From positions 6,990 through 70,989 of IMG/VR virus record IMGVR_UViG_2922696095_000003: DNA of 64,000 nucleotides, one strand, 5' to 3'. Every line of letters begins with the position of its first letter. The stretch's first letter is position 1. This document shows, piece after piece, positions 61,917-64,000 of this stretch. The stretch comes from a virus (Duplodnaviria > Caudoviricetes). The notes below the pieces were generated by a model that saw only the letters and a program-made list of their open reading frames with translations, made no database searches and was not told the DNA's origin. A program made the position numbers and the translations under genes.

Positions 61917-62110
61917 CAAACGCCCCTCTTACCGTATAGGTAGGACGGAGCATATTACTAAAATTTTCTGGTAAATCCTATAAATAATAGAACTACAGAA
62001 TCATTTTTATGTCGAAATACCAGTTTATTTGTCCAATAGAAAACCAATAATGGAATAAGGTGTATAATATAAACTGTAAATACAAATACAAAAAGTGGAG
62101 GCAAGTTATC

Positions 62111-62563
62111 ATGAAAAAAATTATTGGACTAGGATTGGCTGCAACTCTTTTTTTATCTTTAAGCCCAATAACTTCTGCGGCAAGTTTTGACAATGAACCA
62201 GAGGTGGTAACAGGAGTTGGTGAATTGGAGGCAAATCCAGGAGACACACACTCAATTATCACACCCTTCAGCTCGGTTCCTATACAATACACAAACTTTC
62301 GCGGTTATGATGATTATCAAACTACATTTGAACTAGTCCCTTCAAATGGTGAATCGTTTAATATAAATGTAGTGAATAATGGTTCGACAGATATTATACT
62401 TACATTATCTGGTGGTCTTAGTACAACTCAAAAAATACCAGCCGGGGAGCAAAGAACTATATCGGGTTATAGCACTAGACAAACTAAATACACGGTAGTA
62501 GTCAGTAACACGTACGGAGCATATATGAATTTTATTATACAGGCAAGACAGTTTGATGCCTAA
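62111..62563 (+). CDS. Secreted hypothetical protein
   Basis: Signal peptide MKKIIGLGLAATL...; SD ggagg. Confidence 0.75.
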   Translation: MKKIIGLGLAATLFLSLSPITSAASFDNEPEVVTGVGELEANPGDTHSIITPFSSVPIQYTNFRGYDDYQTTFELVPSNGESFNINVVNNGSTDIILTLSGGLSTTQKIPAGEQRTISGYSTRQTKYTVVVSNTYGAYMNFIIQARQFDA

Positions 62564-62719
62564 GTTATCTACTGGAATAGTAGTTACTAATTAAACGGGA
62601 AACCACAATTTTGTCTAACGTACAATCTAAAAGCTCTGCTAACCTAATTGGTTGGCAGAGCTTATTTCGTTGAAGGGATTACCATACCTTTGACCGAATA
62701 AATTATTGAGGTGATCAGC

Positions 62720-62925
62720 ATGAACCATACATATAGAGTGTTAAAGTCGGATATAGAACTATTTGCAGCTGCATTAAGCCAGGTAAAGGTGTACGTTGTT
62801 CAGTCGTTGGGCGAGGATTGGGTATCGGTTATAGACTATGGAGGATCCGTAGAAGTTTTCTCCCGATACGATTAAGATTGCCGGAGTGTATAATATGCGG
62901 AATCAGTTTGAATTTAGAGTATACA
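62720..62925 (+). pseudogene. Third, frameshifted copy of 34079 gene
   Basis: MNHTYRVLKSDIELFAAALSQV start, then frame lost. Confidence 0.75.
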
Positions 62926-63045
62926 AAAAGCCCTGCTAACCTTAATTGGACGGCTGGGCTTTTGTTAGACACTGAGTAAGGCAACATTGAATACATAAAG
63001 CGCCTTGGATTTAACTCCAAGACGCTCCCCTGCTTGTAGTAACGG

Positions 63046-63330
63046 TTAGTTAATGTCTCCTGGGTACTGACCAGTAGTACCCCAAGCTTCGCCTTCAACT
63101 TTGTTACCGTTGGCTCTGAATTGAATTACGTATTCCCCTGAAGGCATCCCATTAGGGAATGAATTAAGACTAGTCCACGTTAATGTGTCTTCTTTGCCAA
63201 CAGTTTTATAGACATATTCTCTCCCGTTACCCTGCAAGCTCCAAGTGAGATTTGATGTTCCTTCATTCCGAACTTTAATCTTTACATGTCCATAACCTTT
63301 TTTAACAGTTGTTGAATTTATCGTTAAATA
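63046..63330 (-). pseudogene. C-terminal part of a secreted-type beta protein, probably 5' truncated
   Basis: GYGHVKIKVRNEG...GMPSGEYVIQF; no credible start or signal peptide. Confidence 0.45.
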
Positions 63331-63409
63331 ACGGAAAAAGATTCTATCTGCCAAAGTTTGATAGAATCTTTTTTTGCAGGACAAATTCCCCCTAACTTCG
63401 ACACTAATG

Positions 63410-63606
63410 GAATGACAACAGGATTGGAGAAAGAATTCGATCTGAGCATGAAAGAGGTCAATGAATTTATCACATGCTACGAAAGCAAGCAGGCTGGATC
63501 TGGATCGGCTTCATATGCCATCAATAAGCACGATAACAATAAAGGACCATTCAGCAACCGCAAGGATTACATGCTATACGATCGTATTCTGACGTTTGAA
63601 GTTTAA
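63410..63606 (+). pseudogene. Orphan copy of the conserved C-terminal domain of 36518/38766
   Basis: MTTGLEKEFDLSMKEVNEF...YDRILTFEV. Confidence 0.85.
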
Positions 63607-63667
63607 ATAAATCGAAAAACTCTGCTAACCTTAATTGGTCGGCAGAGCTTTTAACTGTTCACGGCTT

Positions 63668-64000
63668 TTAGAATATATCCAGGTATTCTTTCTGGAATTT
63701 GATGAAATCTTGCACACTGTCGTGATAGGTAAATCTACCGCCATTTTTATCAATAATCCAGTTGATCTTCTCGTCATTTAACAAGATTCCATACATGCAG
63801 TGATTAAGCAGTTCAATTTGCTTTTCATCCCTAATTCGGATCAAATGTTTTTCTTGTTCGACAATGAGGTACCATTTCGTTTCTGTTTCATCTACATCCG
63901 CATCCGCATCCGCATCTACATACAGTATTGATACCGACAAGGGGAATGGCCAGTCAAACCAATGTCCTCGCTTGTCTTCTCTATAACCTTCAAATGCCAT
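63668..64000 (-). CDS. Hypothetical protein, may extend beyond window
   Basis: Open to window edge; contains short gatgcg repeat (DADADAD). Confidence 0.5.
   Translation of the reverse strand: MAFEGYREDKRGHWFDWPFPLSVSILYVDADADADVDETETKWYLIVEQEKHLIRIRDEKQIELLNHCMYGILLNDEKINWIIDKNGGRFTYHDSVQDFIKFQKEYLDIF

Larger units (their letters stand above)
48400..64000 (+). mobile_element. Prophage 2, degenerate relative of prophage 1
   Basis: Collinear homologues of chaperone, spike end, 26190, antirepressor, 29824, holin, nucB; many lesions. Confidence 0.85.

Noticed and set aside
37327-63652. Palindromic ~35-bp repeats as a CRISPR array or integron attC sites
   Set aside because: Spacing is irregular (0.3-23 kb) with whole genes between copies; no cas genes or integron integrase in the window
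1-64000. tRNA or rRNA genes
   Set aside because: None recognised by eye; a tRNAscan-SE/Infernal run would be needed to exclude them

Overview
AT-rich Firmicutes DNA, probably Paenibacillus (inferred from gene content), holding two related siphovirus prophages in tandem. Prophage 1 (1 to ~48.3 kb) is the intact right half: terminase C-terminus, protease moron, head and tail genes, an Lsa-type ABC-F resistance moron with attenuator, antirepressor, lysis genes, then ~16 kb of cargo. The cargo includes secreted nucleases, toxin/immunity pairs, an Hcp-like/toxin fusion, discoidin proteins sharing one C-terminal domain, a DNA ligase, a type I toxin, YolD and an agr-like cluster. Prophage 2 (~48.4 kb to the end) is a decayed relative: integrase and dnaN scraps, exosporium/collagen genes, a broken IS3, uppP in the slot where prophage 1 has lsa, broken antirepressor/holin/lysin genes, and an SOS-boxed two-gene candidate defence module. 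The strongest lead is a prophage-encoded agr-like peptide system with no kinase or receiver domain (membrane protein, AgrB, an unannotated Ser-lactone AgrD, LytTR-only regulator) next to the likely attachment site. All family calls are from motif recognition by eye; no searches were run.
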